The position numbers and the translations under genes are program-made. A stretch of DNA of 32,000 nt from Candidatus Baldrarchaeum yapensis (GTDB lineage Archaea > Asgardarchaeota > Baldrarchaeia > Baldrarchaeales > Baldrarchaeaceae): the NCBI GenBank assembly GCA_016840465.1, contig JAEOSH010000016.1, positions 8,926-40,925 of the forward strand, in the 5' to 3' direction. How positions within the stretch are numbered: the stretch's first letter is position 1; each line of letters starts with the position of its first letter. Shown here one piece after another: positions 8,707 through 17,781 of this stretch. The notes beneath the pieces are model-generated. The model saw only the letters and a program-made list of their open reading frames with translations. It had not been told where the DNA came from and ran no database searches.

Positions 8707-9924
8707 GTGTTACTATCGCGTGGAAGGCTTCGGAAAGGGGGAAGAGTGGTGCTAGGAACCAGCATCGGGCGGGAGGTCACGGAAGTACTTAATAGGTATC
8801 GCATACACCCCGACACTCTGGCATCGTGGTTTAGATTGATAAATTTAAACGATAAACCATCCATTGGAAAAACTGAGCGACGTATCATGGCAATTTTGGC
8901 CGTTGCTCCTACCTTATCGAACAGGCAAATATCAAGAATTATCGGGATAAGTGAAAGTAGTGTTGCGTATCACATGAAAAAGTTGAGGAATAAGTATGGC
9001 CTATGCGTAATGTCGCATTTTAACCCCTGTTTGGCGGGTTTAGAAAACATCCTAGTAATATTAAGAATGCCTCGTGATCGAGAGAGCAGAAGATTCCTCG
9101 GAAATGTCAATTCAAAGTTTTTGATGCTTGCGATGCGAGGGTCTCCTGACAGCGAAAAATATCAAGGCTATCTGCTTATGTATGCCGTTCCGAGGAATAT
9201 AGGGACTAAAAGATTCATGAAGGAGTTCTGTGACGTTATCGGATCATACAAAGGGGAGGTCTATGCCTTCACGATCAAGGGTGTGTTCACGGGAATCAAC
9301 TTCGCGCTTCCGTATATTAGCACGTGGAAAGTTCCGCGCAACTGCCGTAATTACGATGCTAGTGAACTGACTCATTTCCTTTCTGGGGACATTTTCTGGT
9401 ATTCCGATAATGGGCATATCAGAGATAAAATAGATCTTCTCCTTTTTCTGCTAAAATCATACGACTTCAAAATGCGAAGTTCACAACTTGTCACACTGAT
9501 GCACCGCATATTAGGCAAACGTCTATGTGATGCCGCTGTGAGGAGAAGAGTTAGGAAGTTGTCCGCAATGAACGCATGGAGACCCTTCATTTGTTTCCGG
9601 AGACTAGGGCTCGACTCTTGTGTTGTATTGAATTTAATAGGGGATTTCGAGACGGTTGCCAGCATAATTATGAGTGCTTCTTGTTGTTTTCCTCAGTACT
9701 TTGCGTACATTCACGAGAAGGGTGCAGTTTTGCTGATCAACGTCTCACGTGCACTACTGGGGGAGATCAGTAAAAGGATTATGTCATTTGTGGAGGGGTG
9801 TGATGATCACCATTTCCTTGTAAGCTACGACAATGCGTTACCCCTGCTCAGGCTAGAAGTCATTGATATGTGGAGCAACGAGGAGAGGGGATGGCAAGTC
9901 GCCAGCATTTTGCGGAACACTTAA
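8707..9924 (+). CDS. Tandem Lrp/AsnC-like winged-helix regulator (start uncertain)
   Basis: Two Lrp-like modules: ERRIMAIL..SNRQISRIIGISESSVAYHMKKL..NPCLAGL and DKIDLLL..DAAVRRRVRKL..FRRLGL, each followed by an alpha/beta region. Confidence 0.7.
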   Translation: MLLSRGRLRKGGRVVLGTSIGREVTEVLNRYRIHPDTLASWFRLINLNDKPSIGKTERRIMAILAVAPTLSNRQISRIIGISESSVAYHMKKLRNKYGLCVMSHFNPCLAGLENILVILRMPRDRESRRFLGNVNSKFLMLAMRGSPDSEKYQGYLLMYAVPRNIGTKRFMKEFCDVIGSYKGEVYAFTIKGVFTGINFALPYISTWKVPRNCRNYDASELTHFLSGDIFWYSDNGHIRDKIDLLLFLLKSYDFKMRSSQLVTLMHRILGKRLCDAAVRRRVRKLSAMNAWRPFICFRRLGLDSCVVLNLIGDFETVASIIMSASCCFPQYFAYIHEKGAVLLINVSRALLGEISKRIMSFVEGCDDHHFLVSYDNALPLLRLEVIDMWSNEERGWQVASILRNT

Positions 9925-10027
9925 AGATTTGGTCGAGATTATAAACACTGTAGCTGGTAAATACCGATGCAGAATACTTTTTACGTGTCTTCGACCTTTG
10001 AAACTTTAACCACATGGAGGAGTTATC

Positions 10028-10891
10028 TTGAGCCAAAAGTATCGTGGGGCCCTTGCGGACCTTTTAGGGAATACGCTCGGAAGGGACAAACGGCTTCTGA
10101 TAGCGGATGTATTTCTTCGCCATATCGAGGCAACTTGTAAGAAATGTCTTTCGAACAGAATAGTATGTGCGACAAGGCCCATTTGCGGAAAGGACAGGCC
10201 ATTTTGCTCGATTCTCGTAGAAATAAATGCTAAAGATCTCATTAGTGAGTTCTGTTACAGGTGGATGCTGGTATCAGTACGGCAGACGATTCTTGGGAAG
10301 AAAATACTTCAAGACTTGTGCGTGTACGCGAAAGACCTGCCACATAGTATTGATAGGAAGAAAAAGCGCCTTCCGGAGGGTACCTCTTTTAATAAAATTG
10401 TCGAGGATCTCGCTGAGGCTTTGCGCGCGAATCACATAAAGTTTCATGTCGAGAACAGGGACATGGTGGCCGCGATCGTCTCAGACAATTTCCTAGTATT
10501 GATAGATGGCGAAAAGGGAATTGCCCGGGTGAATCCGCGTAATTACGCGTTTTCGAAAAAGGAAGAAATAGAGGCAGTTTTGAAGGGAATGTCCGAGATA
10601 GAGGGAGTTAAACTTGATATTCGAGAGGAGTTCGAGGGTCTTTTGATATTAGAATTTGAACTTTCCAAGATCTCGCCACATCGCGCCGATGAAATAAAAG
10701 ATTTACATGTGCCGCCCGAACTTGAAAAGTTCTGCCACCACATCGGGGTTACACGCTCAGATAACTCCGTGAAGGTGATAATAGACCTGCTGTTGAATCC
10801 CTTTCCGTCCATAACGGCTGGTGAGTTGATGAAGGTTTTTGATGTGATAAAGAAGCTGAGGACGGTGTTTTCTGCTGAGGAGAGGAGGTAG
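10028..10891 (+). CDS. Hypothetical protein with an N-terminal Cys cluster; first gene of a 4-gene operon
   Basis: TTG start after a GGAGGA SD; CKKCLSNRIVCATRPICGKDRPFC ... FCY; 5-nt gap to the next gene. Confidence 0.7.
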   Translation: MSQKYRGALADLLGNTLGRDKRLLIADVFLRHIEATCKKCLSNRIVCATRPICGKDRPFCSILVEINAKDLISEFCYRWMLVSVRQTILGKKILQDLCVYAKDLPHSIDRKKKRLPEGTSFNKIVEDLAEALRANHIKFHVENRDMVAAIVSDNFLVLIDGEKGIARVNPRNYAFSKKEEIEAVLKGMSEIEGVKLDIREEFEGLLILEFELSKISPHRADEIKDLHVPPELEKFCHHIGVTRSDNSVKVIIDLLLNPFPSITAGELMKVFDVIKKLRTVFSAEERR

Positions 10892-10896
10892 AGGAA

Positions 10897-13800
10897 TTGA
10901 AGGATGAGAAACCAACTTTAACACTCGTGCGGCAACTAGGAATGAGTGATAGAGAGGCTACCATTTACGAGGTTTTACTCAGATCGGGTGTGCTGACATC
11001 AGGTGAGATTTCCGCATTAACAGGTTTTCCGCTGGACGATGTTGAACGGACATTGGCTTCATTAGCGAAGAAAAATGTGGTTTTGAAGGTTCCAGGGATC
11101 ATTGACCGTTACGTGGCGATGCCTCCATTTATGCTCCTTGGCGAGACTTTGAGTACATGTAGGGAGGAGATTTTGAAGGCATATAAGCAGTTTTCTGACG
11201 TCATAAAGCGCATAGAGGGAGAAATAACGAAATTAGCCAAAGATTTCAGGGAAAATTCGAAGAAAATACTGGAGGATGGTGTTAAAACTGTTAGTGAGAG
11301 GATTCCCGAGTTAATGAAGGACTTAGAGGAAATCTTATCTGAGAATCTCGAAAAGATCTCAAAGGACTTGGAAGAAGTTGAGAATAAGATAACCAACGTC
11401 ATAGAGAGAGCCATAAAAGGCATATCGTCGGTTGTGAAGGAGGCTAGAAGTAGCGCGGAGCGAAGCATTTCGAACGGAGAAAGAGCTTTAGTGGGAGTAC
11501 TAGAAAGGACATTAGAGGAGGTAAATTCGACGATTGAGGAAAAGAGTGCGGAGCACGCCTCCGCCGGTCAGGAAGTTCTGGACGGTTTCCATGTGGAGGT
11601 CGAGAGGATAACGGGTGATGTCAGTAAGCAACTTGAGGCCCTCAAAAGCAACCTCATTGAGAGGGTTTCGGGAATTCGATCCGACTTCTCAGAGACTTTT
11701 AAGTCCATGCTCGAGCGCTTTGAACAAATTTCTGCAGAGTTCACAGAGGTTTTGGAGGGATTAATGACCGGCATCGAGAGGGACGTACCGGGATCGCTTG
11801 GAAAGGTTCTCGAATTGCACCGAGACGTATTAGCAAAGACTAAGGAGAATATCAGTACTACCCTGTCAGAGGTCTTATCGCGTGTCCAGAGCGGAATTGC
11901 GTCCATGAAACGTGATATAACTACTTTTCTTACGGAGACCACAATGACTGAAGAGCAACAGCTCGGAGACCTTGAGAAGATGATCGATAACTTGCTCAAG
12001 GAGTTGCGAGAGACGTTGGATAACGCCTTTAATACAATTTCCAGTACAGTTGCCGGTGCAACAAAGCACGCGAAGACAATGATAGAGCAAAACGCGAGAA
12101 GCCTAGTCGTTAAGGTCGCGCAAGTTGCCAGATCGTTCATAAATGCCTATTACACACACGCTGTGAGGTTCCGAGACTCTGTGCTGAGCGCCATTTCAGA
12201 CGAGTTTGATGCTCTAAAAGTGGAGTTTGACGGATTAAGGAGGAATCTCACGGAGAAAATAACGGATATTCTTGAAACCTACAAGAGCGGCTCTAATACT
12301 GTGATCAGAGAGATAGAAGGATGGGCCAGCACCACATTTTCGGATATAAGTGCAAATATGGAGAAATTCAGGTCAGATATCATTAAGATTATAAAGCAGA
12401 CGAGAGATGCCGTTAATAAGAGAATTTCATCGGTTGCGATTGATAAAGATGTTTTCGGTGATCTCAATCAGGGACTGGCGAGGATTTCGGATCTTGCAAA
12501 AAGAGCGCTTACTGGCATCATTAGTAATCTTGAGACCCATATCAACAGGCTCACTGATGTGTTGCACAGTTATATCTCCTCTCAAATTTCAAGCCTGCGA
12601 GCAAGAATTGAGGCAGCCATGCATGAGGTGGAGGGGGCATCGGATCCCGTTAAATTTATGAGCGAAACTCTTGCGGAAATTGAGGAAATAATACGTACGA
12701 TGGATGAGGGACTGAAGCAGAAGGTGAGTTTCGAGTTATCGAGGATGCGTCAGTCCGTTGACAGACTTTCATTAACCCTAGAGAGCGATGTTGACACCTG
12801 GCAGAGGGATTTGGAACAACTTGTCGAGGACATTATGGGACAGATAAACTCGATGCTGAACTTTTCGGTAGATGTCGTGACTCGCACAATGGAAACTGCC
12901 GAGAGGAGAATTTCTTCATCTATGGAAGGTTTACAAAAACTCGTGAGCAGGTTAATAGAACACACGAAGAAGCAGATAACATCCATAGTCAGTAGCGAAA
13001 TCAGGGGGATTGAAAGAGAGACTGAAGCCTTCATTAACGGGCTGAAGGATACTTTTTCAAAATTCATCGAAAGTATTTCGATGCTCGGTGGAAGAATTGG
13101 CGAGAAGATAAAGTCGGAACTTGAGTTTCTGAAGAGAATGGAGGAGATGGGCAAAAAGTTGGATGATGCGATAATGGAGGTGTTTTCAGAGTATCAGAGT
13201 TCAATGGTCAAGGTCTTCGACGAGAGCGAGAAGGCAATAGAGTTGGCATTAGACAGCCTCAGGGAGTTAGACGAGGAAATAATAAGCGTCAGGAAGAGTT
13301 TTGAGAAGTCTTTCAAGTCGTTCATCGATGATGTGAAGCGCAGGATCGACGGCGCTGTAAAAGCCCTAGAGGGATGCTTTGATGACGTTAGTAAAAGCAT
13401 AGAGGATGCCATTCAGGAGGTGATGAAGATAGTTTCGCAAAATACCGACAGTTTAGAGAGGAGGGTCGATGGATTATTCACCAGTGCAAGAAAAGAGATT
13501 ATAGATAGGGCGAAGGAGAGGATAAGCAAATGTCACGATAGGATAATCAAAGTTGGTAGGCTGTACGCGGAAGAATTGAAAACCGAGTCCTCCGCTATGA
13601 ACTCGCTCCTCTCTGATATGCAGAACTCCCTTGATGTCTTAATATCGACTGGTACTAAGAATATTCACACTACGATGACCTCGATAGAGGAAAAGGTTAG
13701 AAAGATGATGAGTGAACACACTGTAAAGGTAAAGAGCGCTCTTGATGACGTTAAAAAGAAGTTAAATGAAAGTATAAACAACCTCGTTGCCAGCAGTAAA

Positions 13801-14613
13801 GATCTGCTGTCTAATATGAGTAAGGAAATAGGATCGACGCTAGACAACGTGAAAAAGAAGCATGAGGAGCTAGGGACATCCATCGGGGCGGAAACGACCT
13901 CTACATTATCGAAAGTTTCGCCTCGTGTGTCTTCCCTCCTCGAGGAGTTTCGAAGAAAAGTAGAAGGAGATTTGATGTCGGTTGCAAACGAAATATCTCT
14001 GAAGGCGAAGGCCCTTTCGCTGGAACTCGATGGCGCGGCATCGCAGATAATAGAGGGGGTTTCACGCGGATTGAAGCTTGCTCGCGTGGATGAACATATA
14101 AATGCTCTTGAGGATGAGATGAGAGATGCAGAAAACCTTATAAAGAGGCTACTGGAGGTTTCCGTGAGCATTGGACCATATCTTGCGTCTAAAACGTGGT
14201 ATTGCATCGGAGTAAATGCCATAATTGCACGTATCAGAGACATAATATCGAGAGCGGAGGAGAAGCTTGCAGTAATGGCTCCACGGTTTTCTATGCTTGC
14301 AGATCTTGTGGATCCGCTATTGGAGGCCGGGCAGAGATGTAGAATTTTCGTGATAGCGGAAGTAAGCGATGATGATGACCTGAAGGTGGCGGGCGAACTT
14401 TCAAGATCTGGGAACATACGAGTGAAAAGGGCGGCAACGGGCTCCTATTACTGTGTCCTAAGGGACGACAAAGAGGTTTTAGTGGCCCCGATGGAAGACG
14501 AGGATCGTGAGGCCATGGCTTTCACATCGCAACTGGATGGTTATGTATCGCTGATAAAGGAGATCTTTAACTTCTTTATGAGAAAGAGCACTAGGGTGAT
14601 GCAGAAAAAGTGA
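10897..14613 (+). CDS. Giant TrmB-like protein: N-terminal HTH, about 1000-aa 11-residue-repeat helical rod, C-terminal TrmB effector-like domain
   Basis: Residues 1-77 match the TrmB HTH pattern (LGMSDREATIYEVLL..TSGEIS..YVAMPP). Residues 1099-1238 match the TrmB PLD-like domain (G..AI..RI.DIISRAEE..RDDKEVL). The middle is Pro-poor with hydrophobic residues at positions 1, 4/5 and 8 of an 11-mer. Confidence 0.8.
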   Translation: MKDEKPTLTLVRQLGMSDREATIYEVLLRSGVLTSGEISALTGFPLDDVERTLASLAKKNVVLKVPGIIDRYVAMPPFMLLGETLSTCREEILKAYKQFSDVIKRIEGEITKLAKDFRENSKKILEDGVKTVSERIPELMKDLEEILSENLEKISKDLEEVENKITNVIERAIKGISSVVKEARSSAERSISNGERALVGVLERTLEEVNSTIEEKSAEHASAGQEVLDGFHVEVERITGDVSKQLEALKSNLIERVSGIRSDFSETFKSMLERFEQISAEFTEVLEGLMTGIERDVPGSLGKVLELHRDVLAKTKENISTTLSEVLSRVQSGIASMKRDITTFLTETTMTEEQQLGDLEKMIDNLLKELRETLDNAFNTISSTVAGATKHAKTMIEQNARSLVVKVAQVARSFINAYYTHAVRFRDSVLSAISDEFDALKVEFDGLRRNLTEKITDILETYKSGSNTVIREIEGWASTTFSDISANMEKFRSDIIKIIKQTRDAVNKRISSVAIDKDVFGDLNQGLARISDLAKRALTGIISNLETHINRLTDVLHSYISSQISSLRARIEAAMHEVEGASDPVKFMSETLAEIEEIIRTMDEGLKQKVSFELSRMRQSVDRLSLTLESDVDTWQRDLEQLVEDIMGQINSMLNFSVDVVTRTMETAERRISSSMEGLQKLVSRLIEHTKKQITSIVSSEIRGIERETEAFINGLKDTFSKFIESISMLGGRIGEKIKSELEFLKRMEEMGKKLDDAIMEVFSEYQSSMVKVFDESEKAIELALDSLRELDEEIISVRKSFEKSFKSFIDDVKRRIDGAVKALEGCFDDVSKSIEDAIQEVMKIVSQNTDSLERRVDGLFTSARKEIIDRAKERISKCHDRIIKVGRLYAEELKTESSAMNSLLSDMQNSLDVLISTGTKNIHTTMTSIEEKVRKMMSEHTVKVKSALDDVKKKLNESINNLVASSKDLLSNMSKEIGSTLDNVKKKHEELGTSIGAETTSTLSKVSPRVSSLLEEFRRKVEGDLMSVANEISLKAKALSLELDGAASQIIEGVSRGLKLARVDEHINALEDEMRDAENLIKRLLEVSVSIGPYLASKTWYCIGVNAIIARIRDIISRAEEKLAVMAPRFSMLADLVDPLLEAGQRCRIFVIAEVSDDDDLKVAGELSRSGNIRVKRAATGSYYCVLRDDKEVLVAPMEDEDREAMAFTSQLDGYVSLIKEIFNFFMRKSTRVMQKK

Positions 14614-14619
14614 TGGGCC

Positions 14620-15918
14620 ATGGCGGATGTAGCAGTATTACTGGCATATATGATACTACTGACCCTTGTTTACGGCGCGATAGTCAGCGAAGTACTTCCG
14701 AAAAGCGTAGCCGCTCTCCTAGGGGGAATTGCGGCAATAATAATCGGCAGGGTTGCGGGAATATTTGATGTTAGCGAGATAGTGAAATTCATAGACATGA
14801 AGGTGCTTCTCATAATAATCGGCATAATGATGTTTGTTGAAGTTGCTAGACGAAGTGGTATGTTTCAATTCATCGCACTATATATTATGAAGTTCGTGGG
14901 CTACAAGCCGAGAAGGGTGCTCATAATTCTATGTGTGCTGTCGGCAATGCTGTCAGCATTTATAGGGAACATAACGGCGATGATTATAATCATATCTGTC
15001 ACGACATTAACCCTGATACCACTGGGGGCAGACCCGATACCATTTCTCATTGCGATTTCCATAGTACTCGATCTTGGGGGCACAATAACTCTTATCGGGA
15101 GTCCTGTATCGATACTGATAGGATACTCGGCCAACTTCTCGTACATAGACTTTCTGATCTATTCGGCTCCCCTTGCGATGATACTTGTTTTGGTGCATAT
15201 TCTATTTTTCCTGACGGTATTCAAGAAAACGATTCCACCTAGGTTTGATGTTGATCCGGAGATACTCGCTGAGTTGGATCCATGGATGGTAATAACAGAT
15301 AGGGATCTCTTTTACAGATCGATTGCCATCTTCATCCTCACGGTAGTTCTCTTCATGACGTACGAGTTTCTCGAGTTATCTGCCGAGTTTGTTGCCCTAA
15401 CGGGTGGTATATTGATGCTGTTCCTTGGATTGCGTGCAAGTGATCCCAAAGAGGTTTTTAAAGGAATTGAGTGGGAAGTAATCTTCTTTCTGCTGGGACT
15501 CTTTCTGCTGATGGGTGCGATTGAGAAATCAGGGCTACTAGAAGTGATTGCTGAGCAGGTAGTCCACCTCACGGGCGAGAACCTTCTCCTTACAATAATC
15601 TTAATAATGGGAGTGGCGTGTGTCCTTTCAGCGATGATCGATAACATACCAGTAACACTGATGATGATACCAATCATAAAAACAATCGTCACCATGAGTG
15701 GTCTCCCAGCGACCCCTCTCTGGTGGGCACTCTTGTACGGCGTAATACTGGGTGGGAACCTGACGCCTATCGCCTCTCCCACAAAGATAATTGCTCTTAC
15801 TGTACTCGAGAGAGAGGGATACAAAATTTCGTTTAAGGAGTTCATGAGGTATAGCATTCCGACTGTGCTCCTTTCCATGGCTGTAGCGGTTCCGTACCTC
15901 ATGAAATTAGCGGGGTGA
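14620..15918 (+). CDS. ArsB/NhaD (SLC13/P-protein-like) ion transporter superfamily permease
   Basis: About 11-12 hydrophobic segments; LSAFIGNIT, LGGTITLIG, LSAMIDNIPVT, LGGNLT, and the C-terminal ISFKEF motif. Confidence 0.88.
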   Translation: MADVAVLLAYMILLTLVYGAIVSEVLPKSVAALLGGIAAIIIGRVAGIFDVSEIVKFIDMKVLLIIIGIMMFVEVARRSGMFQFIALYIMKFVGYKPRRVLIILCVLSAMLSAFIGNITAMIIIISVTTLTLIPLGADPIPFLIAISIVLDLGGTITLIGSPVSILIGYSANFSYIDFLIYSAPLAMILVLVHILFFLTVFKKTIPPRFDVDPEILAELDPWMVITDRDLFYRSIAIFILTVVLFMTYEFLELSAEFVALTGGILMLFLGLRASDPKEVFKGIEWEVIFFLLGLFLLMGAIEKSGLLEVIAEQVVHLTGENLLLTIILIMGVACVLSAMIDNIPVTLMMIPIIKTIVTMSGLPATPLWWALLYGVILGGNLTPIASPTKIIALTVLEREGYKISFKEFMRYSIPTVLLSMAVAVPYLMKLAG

Positions 15919-16871
15919 TCTTATTGAGTGAGAAAAAGGCTAAGGCCAGAGAAGTGGAAGGACTGATGGAAAAAATAATGGAAGAAGTCAGTAGGATGAT
16001 GCCGGTCGTTGAGCCCCTAAAGCTAGCATTCGAGGTTCCATCCATCCAACACGTGGTTGCGCTTACGGGTGGTGAAAACCTCCACCCTAACACGGCAACC
16101 TTTGCTAAGGAGATTGCAAAGCGTCTGAATGCGGAAATCACAGTATTATTTCCCATGCGTGAGATCACTCCTGATGATATCTTTAATGAACGTGCCGAGG
16201 AGGTTGCAAAGTATGCTGATGTGCTAAGAGAAGAAGGGATAAGAGTGAGGGAGTCTACCTGTTTTAAATATTCGGAATTAAAGGAGGTAGTTCAAGAGGT
16301 TAATACCAGAAAGGCCGATATGGTCCTTGTCCCCAAATGTTTGGGGGAGGAGGAAGTTAAGGAGAGATGCCACATAAGCGATATCGTTCAGGTTCTGACA
16401 ACCGAGTTGAACGTCCCGCTCTTCATAATAAGTGAGGAGGATATACTGCCCGTATCAATGCTTGATAATCTGCTCGTTCCAGTCAGACGTACTGACAGAA
16501 AGTTCGGAAACGTCGCGTTGAGCGCCGCACTTGCATCTAAGAAGGGTACTATTGAGATTTTCTCCGTCATAACTGAAGATGAAGTCGAGTCAGGGATGGA
16601 GAGTAGCGATAAGCAACGGAATCAGGTTATTAAATCGTTAAGAGAAAGAAGGGAGGCGTTCGTCACTTCTGTGGAAAAGGCTCTAGCAAAGTTCGTTTCC
16701 CCACAACGGATAAAGATGAGTGTGACTGTGGGTCATCTGGATGAGAAGATCATTGAACGCGCGGAGGAGACCAGGAGCGTGATCGTTGTCAATAAAGTGG
16801 GGAAAGTCGGAATAACCGGAATTTTAGAGGCATTAATGAGGGACGCAAAAGCTCTTATAATAGTGCCCTAA
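15915..16871 (+). CDS. Tandem universal-stress-protein (USP) domain protein
   Basis: Two USP-like halves (HVVALT..AKEIAKRLNAEITVL..ADMVLV..VPLFII; NLLVPV..ALIIVP); 4-nt overlap with the permease stop. Confidence 0.7.
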   Translation: MILLSEKKAKAREVEGLMEKIMEEVSRMMPVVEPLKLAFEVPSIQHVVALTGGENLHPNTATFAKEIAKRLNAEITVLFPMREITPDDIFNERAEEVAKYADVLREEGIRVRESTCFKYSELKEVVQEVNTRKADMVLVPKCLGEEEVKERCHISDIVQVLTTELNVPLFIISEEDILPVSMLDNLLVPVRRTDRKFGNVALSAALASKKGTIEIFSVITEDEVESGMESSDKQRNQVIKSLRERREAFVTSVEKALAKFVSPQRIKMSVTVGHLDEKIIERAEETRSVIVVNKVGKVGITGILEALMRDAKALIIVP

Positions 16872-16872
16872 C

Positions 16873-17670
16873 CTATTCTCGGTACTTTTGAGCCTCCTCA
16901 ACCAATTTTTTCACCCTTTCTTCGTCAACGGGGTTTGTTGTCACGTTATTGACCTTCACGCTCGTACCAACGATAACGCCATCCGCAATTCTCATGAAAT
17001 CCCCTATATTCCAGTGATCTACGCCACTTCCCACAATTATTGGCGTTCCTTCTCCGATATGACTCTTCACCTCCATTATGTGTTCTATTGGTGGAGGATC
17101 ACCGGTTCTCCTACCCGTGACTATTATAGCATCTGGATGAGCACGCATGACAATTTCACGCGCAGCATCGCCTATCGGTTGTGCCCATAGAGGAGTTGCA
17201 TGTTTCACGTGAACATCTGCAAATATCTTTACGTCTGATCCGAGGAATCTTTTATATCTTAGGAGATCTGGGGCTATACCGGATATTATACCTTGTTCGG
17301 TCACATAAGCTCCTATGAGAACATTAACCCTGATGAAACTTGCACCAGTCACGGTTGCGATCGCCATTGCTGATATTCCATCATTTCTCAGTACATTGAT
17401 TCCTATTGGTATGTCCACGTGGCTTGAAACCTCCGATACGACTAAAGTCATCGCCGCAACGGTTTCGGGGCCGACTCTTTCCCTATATGGAGTATCGCCG
17501 AAGTTCTCTATTATAATTCCGTCAACGCCTCCCCGCTTATAAGCAACGGCGTCCCTTATGGCTCGAGTTATTACTTTCTGCATGGGAGTGGGGTTGTGAG
17601 ATCCGGGCAAGGGGAGGAGATGCACAACTCCGATTACTGGCTTGCGTGTCCCGAATATTTTCTCCAGCAT
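16873..17670 (-). CDS. btpA: BtpA/SgcQ-family TIM-barrel protein
   Basis: Motifs GVVHLLPLPG, ENFGDTPY, GINVLRND, FIRVN, ADVHVKH, GSGV and ADGVIVGT. ATG 17670 is preferred over GTG 17685. Confidence 0.92.
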   Translation of the reverse strand: MLEKIFGTRKPVIGVVHLLPLPGSHNPTPMQKVITRAIRDAVAYKRGGVDGIIIENFGDTPYRERVGPETVAAMTLVVSEVSSHVDIPIGINVLRNDGISAMAIATVTGASFIRVNVLIGAYVTEQGIISGIAPDLLRYKRFLGSDVKIFADVHVKHATPLWAQPIGDAAREIVMRAHPDAIIVTGRRTGDPPPIEHIMEVKSHIGEGTPIIVGSGVDHWNIGDFMRIADGVIVGTSVKVNNVTTNPVDEERVKKLVEEAQKYRE

Positions 17671-17781
17671 TGGCAACACGCCCACGGTTTATAACTCCTT
17701 GTAGAGTATATACCGATGACAATATTAATGCCTAGGGATCTCATCCTTTAGGCACAGTTTACGTATTAGAGGTCTGATCGG

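Noticed and set aside
11109-14417. Several long minus-strand ORFs (119-250 aa) inside the giant gene
   Set aside because: Ser-rich antisense shadows expected opposite Glu/Lys/Arg-rich coding sequence; the same applies to most short nested ORFs in the track.
10897-14613. Calling the giant coiled-coil protein SMC/Rad50
   Set aside because: No Walker A/B, signature motif, hinge domain or CxxC hook; both ends are TrmB-like.
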